A model generated the notes under the pieces. It did not search any database. It was not told where the DNA came from and saw only the letters and a list, made by a program, of their open reading frames with translations. 64,000 nucleotides of DNA, taken from NCBI RefSeq assembly GCF_006345805.1, contig NC_043008.1:7502001-7566000 (forward strand), written 5' to 3'. This document shows, one piece after another, positions 38,355 to 51,400 of the stretch. The position numbers and the translations under genes were made by a program. Numbering within the stretch: the stretch's first letter is position 1; each line of letters opens with the position of its first letter. The DNA is from Octopus sinensis. Taxonomy: Eukaryota.

Positions 38355-38564
38355 TTACATGCTATAAATGGCAGTTAAAGCCCATACCACGAATAAGAGT
38401 AATTTCAAATGGAATGAAAAATAAAATAACATTTCAATAGTTACCCTTATGCACAAGGATAACTTGAGGATAGGGGTAACAATTGAAATGTTTTTTTTTT
38501 TTCATTCGATTTAAAATTACTCTTATTCGTGGTTTTGGCTTTAACTGCCATTTCTAGCATGTAA
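38355..38564. mobile_element. 210-bp palindromic MITE-like element
   Basis: TTACATGCTATAAATGGCAGTTAAAGCC...CCACGAATAAGAGTAATTT versus AAATTACTCTTATTCGTGG...GGCTTTAACTGCCATTTCTAGCATGTAA; TA at both ends, as in Tc1/mariner-type MITEs. Confidence 0.7.
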
Positions 38565-39733
38565 ATACCGAAGATGTGTACATGGGATTCTGTTCTTCTT
38601 TAACAATAATATTCGTCAAGAACGACATCATAGACGTATGATTAAACAGTGTGTTGGTTAGCTGATAAAGCTCTCATTAACCTGTTCGGGCATTTGAACT
38701 TACCATACGAGGTAAGATACAACTGTAGTACATGACGGAAAGCAAGCCGTTCAATGCACCCGCTTCCCGCAACCCCAAAAGCACAACTATGTCATTAACG
38801 GAATGTCACACAATTTCTCACAAAGTAATTGTAACGTCTTTCACAGAGCCGCTTTCATATTATGTCATGTATAGTGATACCTGGTGTGCTGCGTTCGGTT
38901 ATGTTACCTGGATGCCAAAATCTCTAGTACTGATGGTATTGTTTCTGTTGTTGTTATTGTATCAATGATGCGCTTCTTGGAACCGACTTTATACTTTACT
39001 TTTTTTATATTTTTCTTAGTCTGTTCTTCAAGTTATTTTTTTTTTTCGTGTTCCATTACAAAACAGACAAGAATTGTAAGCAACGTTTGTTTTGACTCTT
39101 CTGGAAGAGTTCGCTATTTTGTTTTTTCTTGAACTTAATCATTAAATAAAAATCAGGTGATGTGGAAATGTTTGCCAGAAAGCAGACAGGTCTATAAAAG
39201 GTTTGGAATGGAAGTCTTGATGCCTTCTTTCTAAAGAACGGTAAGAATGTAAGTCGAAGCACCACCCAATTCCCAACCCACCGATGCCAACGCAACTGGC
39301 AAATGGGATGAATACAACAACAACTGAATTGGAACAAAAACAATAGAATTGACGGAGATAGTGACTCTCGTGACCCCGCCGTCGACGACGACATCGAAAG
39401 AATAAGAAAGAAAGAAAAAGCAAATAAAATATCAAGAAAAAACAATATGTCGAACAGAGTAACAAGAGCCTCTCATAGAGTAGGAGCAACAGCAACGGCA
39501 CCACAGCAGAAACAAAAAAATCATGGCGAACAAAGAGATTAACAAAGGCCTTTCACAGACGACGACGACAACCGCCGCCGCCACCACCACAACCACTACC
39601 ACCACCAAGACCACCACGACCACCACGACCACCACCTCTACTACCATCATATTTAACATTACATGTCCAAATGTAAGACAAGAAATAATAACACATTTCT
39701 TGTACAATCAAAGACACAACCGCCCCCACATAC

Positions 39734-39764
<31 letters not shown>

Positions 39765-40223
39765 GCATTGACAGCGCATGAAGTAAAACATCAGCAACAA
39801 CAATACAATGAGTGCCACAGTCGGTCATTCGGTTACTTGCTTTTATAAAGCAATGTCTTTGATCCTAAGCCGGAAATATAATCTAGGATTCATGAAATAG
39901 GATGAGATCATATTTTCCCAAGTAATAGAAAATGATAATATACTATTCTTTCACATTATTTAGAACCATGCCATTAATACGAAACTTGATTGCTATTCTT
40001 CAGTTTAACAAGCTGACATTTCTCTTTTACTGGCGCATCAGTTGTTCTCTCTGTCAAGCAGATCTACCTTCAGGTTTTCCAACTATAGCCAATGCACCAT
40101 CTATTTCCGATCTTCTTTTTTAAAAGTACTTTATCAGACTCCAGACCAGTGGTTGGCCTATTTCTAAAAGATCAATAGACGAGGTAGACTTATTCTTGCT
40201 CGGATTTCTTTTTTTTTTTTACC

Positions 40224-40461
40224 TTTTACTTGTTTCAGTCATTTGGTTACGACCATGCTGGGGCACCGCCTCGAAGAACTCTAGTCGAACAAATCGACAC
40301 TAGGACTTATTTTTTAGACCTAGAACTTATTCTATTGGTCTTTTTTGCCGAACCACTAGTTTAAGAGAAGTAAATGAACCAATACTGGTGGTCAGGCGGT
40401 GGTGGTGGGAGACAAACACAGGCCGAAAGACACACACGCACACACACACACACACAACACA

Positions 40462-40514
<53 letters not shown>

Positions 40515-40552
40515 AATATATTATCTCTCTTTCGCGCGCTCTCTCTCTCTCT

Positions 40553-40607
<55 letters not shown>

Positions 40608-40768
40608 GATGGGCTTCTTTCAGTTTCCGTCTGCCAAATCCACTCATTTGGCTTCGGTCAGCTCGAGGCTGTAGTAGAAGACACTTGCCCAAAGCGCCAC
40701 AGAGTAGAATGGAACCCAGAACCGCGTGGTTGGGAAGCAAGCTTCTTACCACATAGTCACGCCTGCGA
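40224..40768 (-). mobile_element. SINE family B with expanded internal microsatellite
   Basis: Consensus ends; about 170 bp of CA/TA/CT repeat at 40432-40606. Confidence 0.88.
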
Positions 40769-41184
40769 CTATAAATGTTAACTAAAATGCCAATGCTGTT
40801 TGTACCAGATTCCATTTCGTGTTTCAGAACTGTATCAAGAGACACGGAAAAACACACCATTCCATTCTCTTGAATTATTTCTGCTACATACCTAAAGACA
40901 CATTGTACAATATATCCATCACTCCATTGTAATACGATATAAGCTGGCTGATTTAATTAATAGATCTAGGTATTGCTAGCAGACTTCCCTAGGCCCTGTC
41001 AATTACGCTCTTAAAGTGCTTCAACTGATGGTCACCTATCGATTACCAATTTCATATGCCTCACTCACGTACCTATGGATTTACTATTCACTTACTTTAC
41101 AAATATAGTGTTATAAAACTAAAACATGAAACATTCTACATAGTCACATTCAATATTGTTATATGTCTGGAGCTGAGATCTGAT

Positions 41185-41315
41185 AGAAACGATAGCACGT
41201 TGGGAGAAATGCTTAGCGCTATTTCGTCTGATTTTAATAGTTTCTGAGCTCAAATTCGACTACCCCGCCCCTAAAAATGTCGGGCCTTGTACCTAGAGAA
41301 GAAAAGAATATTATT
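41185..41315 (+). mobile_element. SINE family A head with alternative tail, internally deleted
   Basis: GAAATGCTTAGCGCTATTTCGTCTG...CCCCTAAAAATGTCGGGCCTTGTACCTAGAGAAGAAAAGAAT. Confidence 0.65.
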
Positions 41316-41343
41316 TTATGTTTCTTTTACAGATAAATATCTT

Positions 41344-41722
41344 CGTGGCACTCCATCGGTTACGTTGACGGGAATTCCAGTTCATCCGATCAAAGGAACA
41401 GCCGACTCATGAAATTAACGTGCAAGTGGCTGAGCACTCCACAGACACGTGAGTCCTTAACGTAGTTCTCGGGGAGATTCAGCGTGACATAGAGTATGAC
41501 AAAGCTGGCCCTTTGAAATACAGGTGCAAGCGAAACAGGAAGAAAGAGTGAGAGAAAGTTGTTGTGAAAGAGTAGAGCAGGGTTCACCACCCCCTGCGGG
41601 AGCCTCGTGGAGCATTAGGTGTTTTCGCTCAATAAACACTCACAACGACAGGTCTGGGAATCGAAACCGCGATCCTATGACCTCAAGTCTGCTGCCCTAA
41701 CCACTGTGCCATTACGCTGCCA
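41344..41722 (-). mobile_element. SINE family C, full length, 11-bp TSD
   Basis: ATAAATATCTT at 41333-41343 and 41723-41733; A box TGGCACAGTGG, B box GGTTTCGATTCCC. Confidence 0.9.
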
Positions 41723-42529
41723 ATAAATATCTTAAAGCTCTGGTGTATTAGCATATATTTGATATAAAAAAACTGACTATTATACACATTATAAGTAATA
41801 TACACGTTATAAATATTCTTCATTTTAGAAATATTAATCGTAGAATATATATGATAAATATATACATGACGGCTTCGTGTGGAAATAACGCCAAAGTCTT
41901 ATTTACTCAATATTTTTAATACTTGATAACATAGTCAGTGATAAATACATATGTAGAAGCATGCAATTATACGCCCATATATGTAAGTATGAAATTCAAA
42001 CTTACATACATATACACGTACATATTTTTGATTGGTTTAGCATATTGTTTTATCGATCTCCTTACAGACTGTATTTGTAATGTGTGAGTTTGTTAGCCGA
42101 TATCTGTTCCTGAAAATCCAGTCGTGTTCAGATTCTCTGTTAGGCATTATATGTCTGTCTGTTCTATGTAAGTGTGTGTATGTGTGTACGCGCGAGTGTC
42201 TTGTATATATATATATGGTATAGGACAATCAGTAAGTGTTACGACAACTTACTGATTGTCCTACACACACACACACACGCATACATACACACGCATACAC
42301 ACACACACACATATATATAAATAAATTCCTCTATTGTCATAATATTGAGGTCTCGTTCTTTTGTTGTCATTTTATATATACATACATAATATATTCATAC
42401 ACACACACACACTCAAAGATTTATACATGCATATGTATATACAGATATATACATACGTAACATAAATACATACAATAACTATGTACCTACGTACGTATGC
42501 ATGCATGTGTATTTGTATATATTAGCACC

Positions 42530-42770
42530 GAATGCAAATGGATCAAGAGCCCTTATCTGATTCTATGCGGTACATATTGCTCCCCTGCTGGACCGAACAC
42601 CGGCTTGTCACATGATTACTCACTGTTTGACCAGCTGAGTTGACTGGAACCACGTGAAATGAAGTGTTTTGTGGATGAACACAACGTATTGCACGGTCCA
42701 GGAAACGAAAGCACTATCGATCATGAGTGCGACGCCCTAACCCTAACCAGTAAGCCACGCGCCTTCTTTT
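42530..42770 (-). mobile_element. Old tRNA-headed SINE
   Basis: Minus-strand head GAAGGCGCGTGGCTTACTGGTTAGGG...; body diverged. Confidence 0.5.
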
Positions 42771-42884
42771 TAGTATCAAATAGTTAAACGTATATCCTAC
42801 TCAACGTGGACATACTGTGAAAAACGCTATGGTAAAAACACTGTAGTAATCATTGTGAAAAACATGCCCTATAGACGTTTAGTG

Positions 42885-42943
<59 letters not shown>

Positions 42944-44269
42944 CATAAATAAGCACACAGAAATATACAAATATACATACACATAGCCATAGATACACAC
43001 ACACATACACACACACATATATGTATGTAAATTATTGCATACATGCAATTAAATTGTCTGCAATACAAAGAGCAGGGCATAAAATATTCATTTCAAACTT
43101 AAAGTTCAATTATTGGGTGTTCGAAATTCTCCTTCTGTTTCATCTAACTTAGTAAATTAACTATGAACATTCTTTTACCCAGGTGCGATTTAAGACCCTT
43201 TGAAATGCTGCAAAATATTTGGAGAAAAGTGAAAAAAAGCCCATAATTTGATTGGTTACTGGAAACCGATAGATATTTGCGTTCATATGCAAACCGTTTG
43301 CGTGCAGATTATTAAAATAATTAGATATTCAAAGAAAGAATGCAGTAAAAAAAAATGGATTGAAAAATACGTATAGAATTTAATTAAAAAGCGAAAAAGA
43401 GTAAAGCATATAAAATTTTAAAGCGTGCGAGTAATATATTCGATAATAATATATATAGATAAAACAATGCAAACAATAATGATATATGAATGGTATGAGT
43501 GTGTGACGGAAATATAATGAAATAAGTGAAAAGGGAAAGACAGAAAAAGAAAGCGAACACAAAGAGTGCTTCTATTGTTGTATAACCTGTTTTTTTTTCT
43601 GAGAAGACTTATATGGCGAAGTATTTAAAAGAAAGCGAAGAACAGAGGGATAATAAGGAAGGAGGCGACGTAGAAGCAGAGAAAAAACTCTCACAGATTA
43701 GAACGATCGTATATCTGGATATAGGAAAGTAATGCAAGCGATAATTCTTAATCTTTGCTATGTAGAAATATAAAAATAATTATAAATAATCGAAGATGTC
43801 GACAAGAGATAAGCTAAAACAGGTAAAAGAGAAAAATAAAAAGAATAAAGGAGTATTAGTGTTGTGGATGTTGGTGTTCCTTGAATGCATCAGTGACTGT
43901 GACTTAGTTGGGTTCTTACGTATAAAGGAAGAAATATTGATGATTAGAACGAGTTTTCGCTTTCTTAGTGAAAAAGTATTTCTGCATGAGGATAATGGGA
44001 TTTCTTCTGCAGTTCAGTTTTAATAAACGTCTTCAGCTCTGGTGCAGGCGGGGACGGGAGTCATGCGCCATTTCAGTGCGTTGCTGCATTCATCATTTGA
44101 CGATACATACCTGTCTCCACGCGGCCACCCCTCTAGCTGAATCCCAGGTAGTCCTTATGTCGGCATTTACCTGTCACCGTGTGGTACGTGGTCGATCAAC
44201 ATAAGCCGTCAACGAAGAGAACACAGTGAGCAGGGGGTTACTGGGAAAAAAAAAATAGGCTGAACTCCT

Positions 44270-44440
44270 GTGGTATCTGGACGCTTTACAGTATTACGGG
44301 TACAATATTGGTCGGATTTCGTATCCAACAAACGAATCTACTCAGAAACTGGAATACATGCTGTTACTTGTGTGACTCGTGAGCGCCATCTCAGACTGTC
44401 TGGAGAGTCAATTTTCCGAGTTAGACCTGGTTTACCGAGT
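44270..44440 (+). mobile_element. RTE-clade LINE RT C-terminal relic
   Basis: YWSDFVSNKRIYSETGIHAVTCVTRERHLRLSG resembles the RTE motif WxDxVSNxxL...IRxRxLRxxGH. Confidence 0.55.
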
Positions 44441-46544
44441 TTGTATGTGTTGTTACATCATAAAAATAAATAGGTCTTCCTTTCTTGAGTAACGCACATT
44501 AAAGATGTTTGTTCTTTGGCTGATGGTATTTCCATACTGCACAATTACACGTGCGTATATATATACATATATACATATACATACAAGATGTTGTTTAAAA
44601 TTGCAATGAAGGATCCTTGGATCTAGGCTTGAAACCGGTTCTTTATTTATTGACAAGAAATCTAGAAATAAAATTGAATAATAACTTACATATATATATG
44701 TTCTCATATGCATTTATATATACATGTATGCATATATCTTTGTGTTAGTGAACATTTTCTATTTATGTGGGTGTGCAGAATACTAGAGAAAAATACGAAA
44801 ATATTTCGCAACATACCAGTGCCATTGCTAATTTTGTTTTTTGTCTCTGTGGGTAGCAGATATTGACGAAGTAGACTGAGTTGAAATCTGCTTTGATTTA
44901 TAACAGACATGGAATATCATAGCGAGAAATCGAGTTAATAGACATACATAGCAATTTTATGTATTGAATTTTTGCTCAGACAGTTTGTTCAATTTGCATA
45001 AATAGTTATTTGTTAGCGATTTCTTCAAATTGATTAATTGTGCGTTTGTGTATTTTTCGGTAATATATTGCAGAAAATTCAAACATCGGCAGGAAAGCCT
45101 CAACGCTGGAGCTTATCCAACTAATCGCAATAAGTTTGTTCTGAATTTATGAACAAATGAATTCTGATCACAAATGCAATGGATTACAGGTTCGTTGCAA
45201 AACTCCAACTTACTCAGCTCTTTTTTCGAATCTTGTATTATAAGGAGCTTAATAATCAAGGAAATATGAGTGTGTGTGTGGGGTGCATGTGAGGAAGAGA
45301 GAGGTGATATTGCTACCCTAATCAAGAGATTAAGAAGACAAAAGATATGGATAATCGTAACGCATTTCAATTCTTTTTCTTTATCAGTTTTAATGGTCAA
45401 GCTGCGCCCATGTTGGAGCACCGCTAGAAGAATTTCGAACAAGTGGTTGAAATTGTCTATTAATTAACGGTGAATAATTGAAAATTAGTAGTTAGATATT
45501 ACTGACGAGTAACACTGGATCACGATAGCTTATCAGTACAAATTATCCTCCAAATTAGATGAAACATTTTAAAGCATCACATGTAAGCAAACAGATAAAG
45601 CCAATATGATTACCAGTATGAAAAACGGGTTGAATATTTAAAGCGAGAGGTTTAGGGAGACAATTGCATCTGCATACAGAAAATAACTTACACAAATTCC
45701 TTAGTAGATGTCACGAAGTTGCTGCCAGGCAAGAGCAAGGTCACGGCTATAGCACATACGCAAGCAGTTTAGCTTTGAGAAATATCTACAAGAGAAAAAT
45801 TGACGTCATTATATTCTCAAGTGTCAGTTGGGAATATAAAATAGCAGGTGCTAATAAGATTGGTTTTGTGTAAGTCGAACTAGTTGACATTAAGGGAAGG
45901 TAAGAATTCAATATTTTAAGAATTCGGTAATTCAAAATTGTTCCCATGCTATTTGAATAACAGCATGGGGACAATAGGAAAATAGTCAGCAGGAACATAG
46001 AGGTATGCTTCATGTATATAAAGTGTCTTGTAGCACGATTCTAAAGATTAACACAGATCTTTATGAACAGTTTGATATTGACGAATTAAGCAAAGTGTGC
46101 GGCTTACACTGGTGGATATTATTTATTGTCAAACGTCGAATTTTATAAAAGTGGTTTGAGCTAAGTGGTTTGAACAGTGAGGCCACATCTAGGGGCTTCG
46201 CAATTGATGTTTATGCGCAAATGAAAATTTCAGGTTGAAACTGATTTAAACTCCATTCATTTAGAGTAAGCAGTACTGTAGTGTTTAATGTGTGAGAGAT
46301 TCAATCTATGTGGTGAGTCATCCCTTGTGTTCGATATTATAATGTCACAAGTCTTGAATTGCAGAGTGTAAATTCAGAAAAAACATATCTCAGGAAAAGT
46401 TCTTTCAGACGTTACAGCGTGCGTAATATATATGAACTAAAGCGATAGATGCGTGGAAAATGCACAACAAAAACAGCTGTAAAAGGACGATGAATTTTCC
46501 GACTCCGTCATCAAGCACACATTGCTGAAACTGTATGGAATTGT

Positions 46545-46692
46545 TTAATGAATTCGTTCCAGTCCCGAGGCCAAACATGTCTGAAAGTTTCATCCGAATC
46601 CATTTGGCGGTTCTTGAGATATCCTGTCTCCGGACAAACAAGCAAACAAACAAACGCGCCTGAAAACAATACCTCCGCCTCAGTGGAGGTAA
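46545..46692 (+). mobile_element. Non-autonomous Helentron/DINE-like 3' part
   Basis: GAAAGTTTCATCCGAATCC, (ACAA)n tract, then terminal hairpin ACCTCC-GCCTCAGT-GGAGGT at 46671-46690. Confidence 0.6.
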
Positions 46693-47350
46693 CAATGGTG
46701 ATGATGATGATAATAATAATGGTGATGGCAATGATGGTATAAGAACGAAGACCATAAATAACGTGCTTTTCGAAGGCGATAATATTAATAACAAACCTTA
46801 TTAATAACTAACAATAGCAATTGTTAGATATTATTAATTGGAGCTGGCTCTAACGATGTTAATGAGATTGGTGATAATAATGATATGAATAGCAAATGCG
46901 TCCGTGGTATAAGTGATCAACAGTGTAAACCCCACTGGAACTAAAAGTAAATTTGTGAGCAGAAATGTTCATAATAATAATAAAAAGGTAAGGAGTTTTC
47001 TCACCTTTAATTTGGTTGATAATATGGCTGCTCACGGAAATGATTATAGGATGAATATCAATGAAAATGGGGGCGATGTTGATAGTGACAATAATAGAGA
47101 TGGTAATAATAACAGCAACCATATTAACTGTATTGATTAGAGGAATGAAAAGGTGCCCATTCATTGCGGTTGTAACGTTAGTCATATCCATGTTAAGAAC
47201 AATGGAAGTCTTAGTAGTCATAACTTGAATAGCAGCATATTGATTGTTAATAATAGTAGTAGCAAAAGAAATACTAATTGAAATATGAATACGAATAATA
47301 ACCACAAAAGGGCTAACGATAATTGTAATTTAATAAGGGATATAAATAAA

Positions 47351-47680
47351 TGCAATTTTACAATGCCTAACAGATGCCCTATGAATGGTTATTGCTTGAT
47401 GTATAATGTCATCTATAGATGCACTGTGCATAATATATATTAAAGTTCCTCTAACATGTACACTGGATCAGCTAATAACTTCTGAGAATGCTTTTAGCCC
47501 ACCTCAGTTGATTTTCTTCTGCTAAACGCAAGATCTTTGTTATTCGGTTAGATATTCTATTATAAGAGCAGGAATGTCTTATCAAGATGGTTGAACGCCA
47601 TGTAATCTTTGAAATAGAATCTAATGATTTTAAAGAATAAATAGTCGCTGTCTTTTGAACCAACGATGGGATTAACATTT
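47351..47680 (+). pseudogene. Penelope-type GIY-YIG endonuclease relic, C-terminal part possibly inverted
   Basis: Plus strand CNFTMPNRCPMNGYCLMYNVIYRCTV...MYTGSA (CPLxGxCLxxNVIY...YIG). Minus strand KITWRSTILIRHSCSYNRISNR resembles the C-terminal half. Confidence 0.6.
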
Positions 47681-47989
47681 ATGACTATTAATGTTATGTT
47701 TTATCTGGGAAATACTTGCCCTAGCTTCGTCCATTCGTGTCACTTGAAATTTAATATCATACCTTTCAAACATATTCAGTATTTGAGTCCTATTGACAAG
47801 TACTTTAATTAAATAATTAAATAAATATTTGTATCTGCAATACCTCCTTATATATTCCTTCCACAATCTCCCCTGAGAGCTCGTTTTTATTTACTTTTTA
47901 CGTATTATGTTATCTGTCCACTTACACTTTATACAGTCGGGCTGCACAGCATGAGATCATTACTACGATGGATGCATGCTTTGATTCTC

Positions 47990-48460
47990 CTAATATAAAA
48001 CGTACTCATCTCACTGCTGAGTCACTTCGGTGCCATATTCGGAATATTACTTCAGATAACGAACAAATCCACTTGACACGTGCTTTTAATCAAACTCCAC
48101 TTGTTAAGTGTTTCCGGTGAAAAATATTACGATCAAGACGGAAATTTGACCTGTACAAAACGAAAGTGAGTCATGTACCAGACCAAAGTAGGAAATCTAG
48201 TTATATGTAATCGAATTTGGGATAGCCTGATATAGGAGGCGCTTCATTATATTTTCATATTCAGTGTGGTCAACTGCATGATGTTTCTAGAAGAAACAGT
48301 AAAACAGACAGTTGGGAGTAGGCCGTGCCAAGTCTTCCATCAGGACGGATGCAATAAGTGTATACACGTGTTCAGATAGGAACAGTTCGCACCACAGAGA
48401 ACGTTAAATTTGCTACGCTGAAAGTAACAGCATTAAACCAAACTAAAAACATTAAAGTGA
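47990..48460 (+). pseudogene. Tc1/mariner transposase fossil
   Basis: VSGEKYYDQDG (FSDEKxFxQD) followed by GSRPCQVFHQDG (GRPYVFQQDxA). Confidence 0.55.
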
Positions 48461-51400
48461 TCACGTTTGAGTGGGAAGCTACAAAATGCACCATCTCGGG
48501 CCCTTTGGAACAGAAGGAAGAAGACTGGAGAATTTGACAAATTTTAAAATTGTTTAGTTAAAATGATATAAGGTCCCCAGTTTTCGAAACCATTAAGAAC
48601 ACCCAGGGGTATTAGTCCTGGTCAAATATGTTTATGGCCATCTGTATGCAAGCAAATCCTTTGAAGTTTTGTGTATTTAAAAACAAATTAACTGCATTGG
48701 TGTCACTGATCCACGAGTGTTTGTGAAGTCAAATGTGTAAAATGCTTCCCCACACATCAGACGAATAATAAAACATCAAAAAGTTGTCATGTAACCCCTG
48801 ATTTCAACATATAAAATACATAGAAGGTTACACATTTCCATTAAGGTTCTAACTACTAAATTTATTTATTTTTATAACACATAAAAGTGAGTCGGGTCAT
48901 TCATCTATGTATCACATATCTGTAAAAGAGGAGGAGTTTGTTTTGATTAATAGTGAAAGAAAAAGCAGATGTATTGAAAGGGGGATAGAAAAATATGAAC
49001 AGAAAATATGGTGGGTAGAGGAAAATTTTAAAAGCTGTCAACTGACAAATCTAATGAATTGCGATGTCAAAATATCCCTGGTATTGTTTAACCTTCAGAT
49101 TTAATTCAGTCTCTCATTCTTAGTTCTCTACTAAACTTTCACTCTCATTTCTCAGCCTCATCTTGTTTGTGTTTCATTTTCTTAAAATACATAAGTATCT
49201 CAGTTTCGTTCTATTTCACCTCCACTCCCCGGTTTCTTCCCTCACTCACTCTCCCACTGAATTTACAACCATGTCTTCTTATATTCTGTTTTTACAACTC
49301 TTTCCAGTTTACGGTAAATTTATTCCTATTTACTGTATTTCACGTATTCTTCTCTCTCTTCTCTCTCTCTCTCCCCCCTCTCTCTCTCTCTCTCACGCAT
49401 AATCAATGTCAAGCTCACGACGTATAAGGCAAAGCAACCACGAAACAACCAGACTTTAAAGGAAAGAAAAGAATTATTCCTACCTGAGCAGGTGACAATT
49501 TCCTATTGAGAAAGACATTTGTTTGGTTAGAGCAGTAGGCCCTGAACTTTCTTGAGCTGTAATTCCTTCGTAATTTTCTGAACCATTATCTGAACCAAAT
49601 TCTAAACAAAAGTTTATCTCTCAAGTAAAACTTAACATAATTAACCCATCATTTTGGTTCTTTTACAACCATTGCCCTCTTTTTGCCACCCCATCATCAC
49701 CACATTTATCTTCAACGCTTCTCCCCCCCCACCGGGTTCTTTCCATCACCTCCAAGGCTGGAGGCAGTAGTGTTCACTTTGGTAACCGTTGGTTTAGAGC
49801 CTTGTCGCTTTCAGTTAATTATGGCATCATATATCGCAGTCTTCCTGAAGTAACAATCTGAAGTGTCATTAAAGATCTAATTAAATAAATTTGAAAAATA
49901 TTCTTCCTCTGCTTATGAAGAAGAACTTATTCATTCGTTTATGTAAAACCTATAATTACAGTCACTAATAATGAAAATTGTCAGCAAGTATTAGTTAACA
50001 GCTTGTTAGTAGGATTTATTTTAGAATTCATGCAACAACGAAATAATTTTTATTCTATGGGTGTATTGAGATCAGAACAAATTTTGAGTTTAATGAGAAT
50101 ATAAAAACGGATATATCAGTTTCTCTAATTGTGCAATTTATAGCACTCTAAAGTGATAAATATATAAAATGAATCAAAGTTACGATATTTACGAGTCACC
50201 TCATGCCATCTGAAATTTGGAATCAGAACTGGCTGCCTGTTTTTAACCAGGACAATTATTAATATCGGAATGGTAATGTTTAATAGTTTACAAAATAACA
50301 GAATGATAGTTGCGTTATACGTTGGAAATATTAGCTCTAAATAATGTGTGCCATATATTACAGGAGGGAAAACAATTGCGGAGAATAGTCATAAGCTAAT
50401 GTATTTATTGTAAGAGAAAATCATCTAAGCTGTGACCTAATAAACCCAATAAAATATAACAAAATTAAGAAATAAAGAACTTAAAAATAACAAGGCTGAT
50501 ATAAATCAACGTGGGAAAAGTAATCAAACGTAATAAGCATGAAGGAGGAAATATCCAAAAGAGAAACACGAGCAAAATAATGGTGTGCCTAATAAATAGC
50601 ATTGAAATATCATATGACTAACAAACAAAAACATGACCTTTTATAAACCATAATGGAATATATATATCACGCACGAACAAGATAACGTTTAATGACACGG
50701 AATTCGATATGAGATTATAGTCTTTTGAATTGTCAATGAAAAATCGTGACGATAAATAGTAGGAGAGATATCAGAGTGATAAAAAAATGAATAAAATCTA
50801 CATTATTGTTTTATTTCGTCATGTATTTAAAATAAAACAGAAATCTACTTTTGTGGTGTATTTGATTTTTGCATTAAGTCACAAGTTGTTTATAAAATTA
50901 ATAAATAGTAGTTTGTATATTAATACATACATTCACAGTTATTTGAGAAGCTCATGTTATACGTTATGTACACGCAGATATTTTAGTATACACACATGCA
51001 TATATTTTAGTATATTTATGCTCTGTACTTTTTTTAGTAACTGCCTTGATGTGACACGATATATTAAAACTGACGTCGTTATACTAGTACAAAAGACATT
51101 TTAAACATGTAAAACGCACACGAAAAATATTCACTGTTCTTTGAGATTGCGACGTGAATATATTTTCGTCGCAACTCTGCAATCTTTTGTCTGTATTCGT
51201 AAAAATCAAGTCCAGACGAGTTTTCATTGATATCAGATGTATTTGTATGAGTTCATTATTTTTTCCTCTCTTTCCCTTTAGTGCTATTATCCAGTACATA
51301 TACCCCAGTTATAAAGATATTCTTTGATCACATGATGTATGTTACATTAAATGAATTTCAGATACAACCATACCTTTTATTATTATTTATTTGAAAGCAT

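Noticed and set aside
39130-39250. Possible exon ending in the donor-like AACG|GTAAGA
   Set aside because: Weak acceptor and stops in all three frames.
39523-39848. Thr/His/Gln-rich ORFs resembling a low-complexity exon
   Set aside because: Mixed ACC/ACA/CAA repeat; no domain and no convincing splice sites.
42736-42749. CCCTAACCCTAACC, telomere-like
   Set aside because: Only two units, lying inside a SINE head.
44601-44645. GAAA-CCGG-TT palindrome preceded by CAATGAAGG, hammerhead-like
   Set aside because: The core and stems I/II do not pair convincingly; at best a heavily decayed relic.
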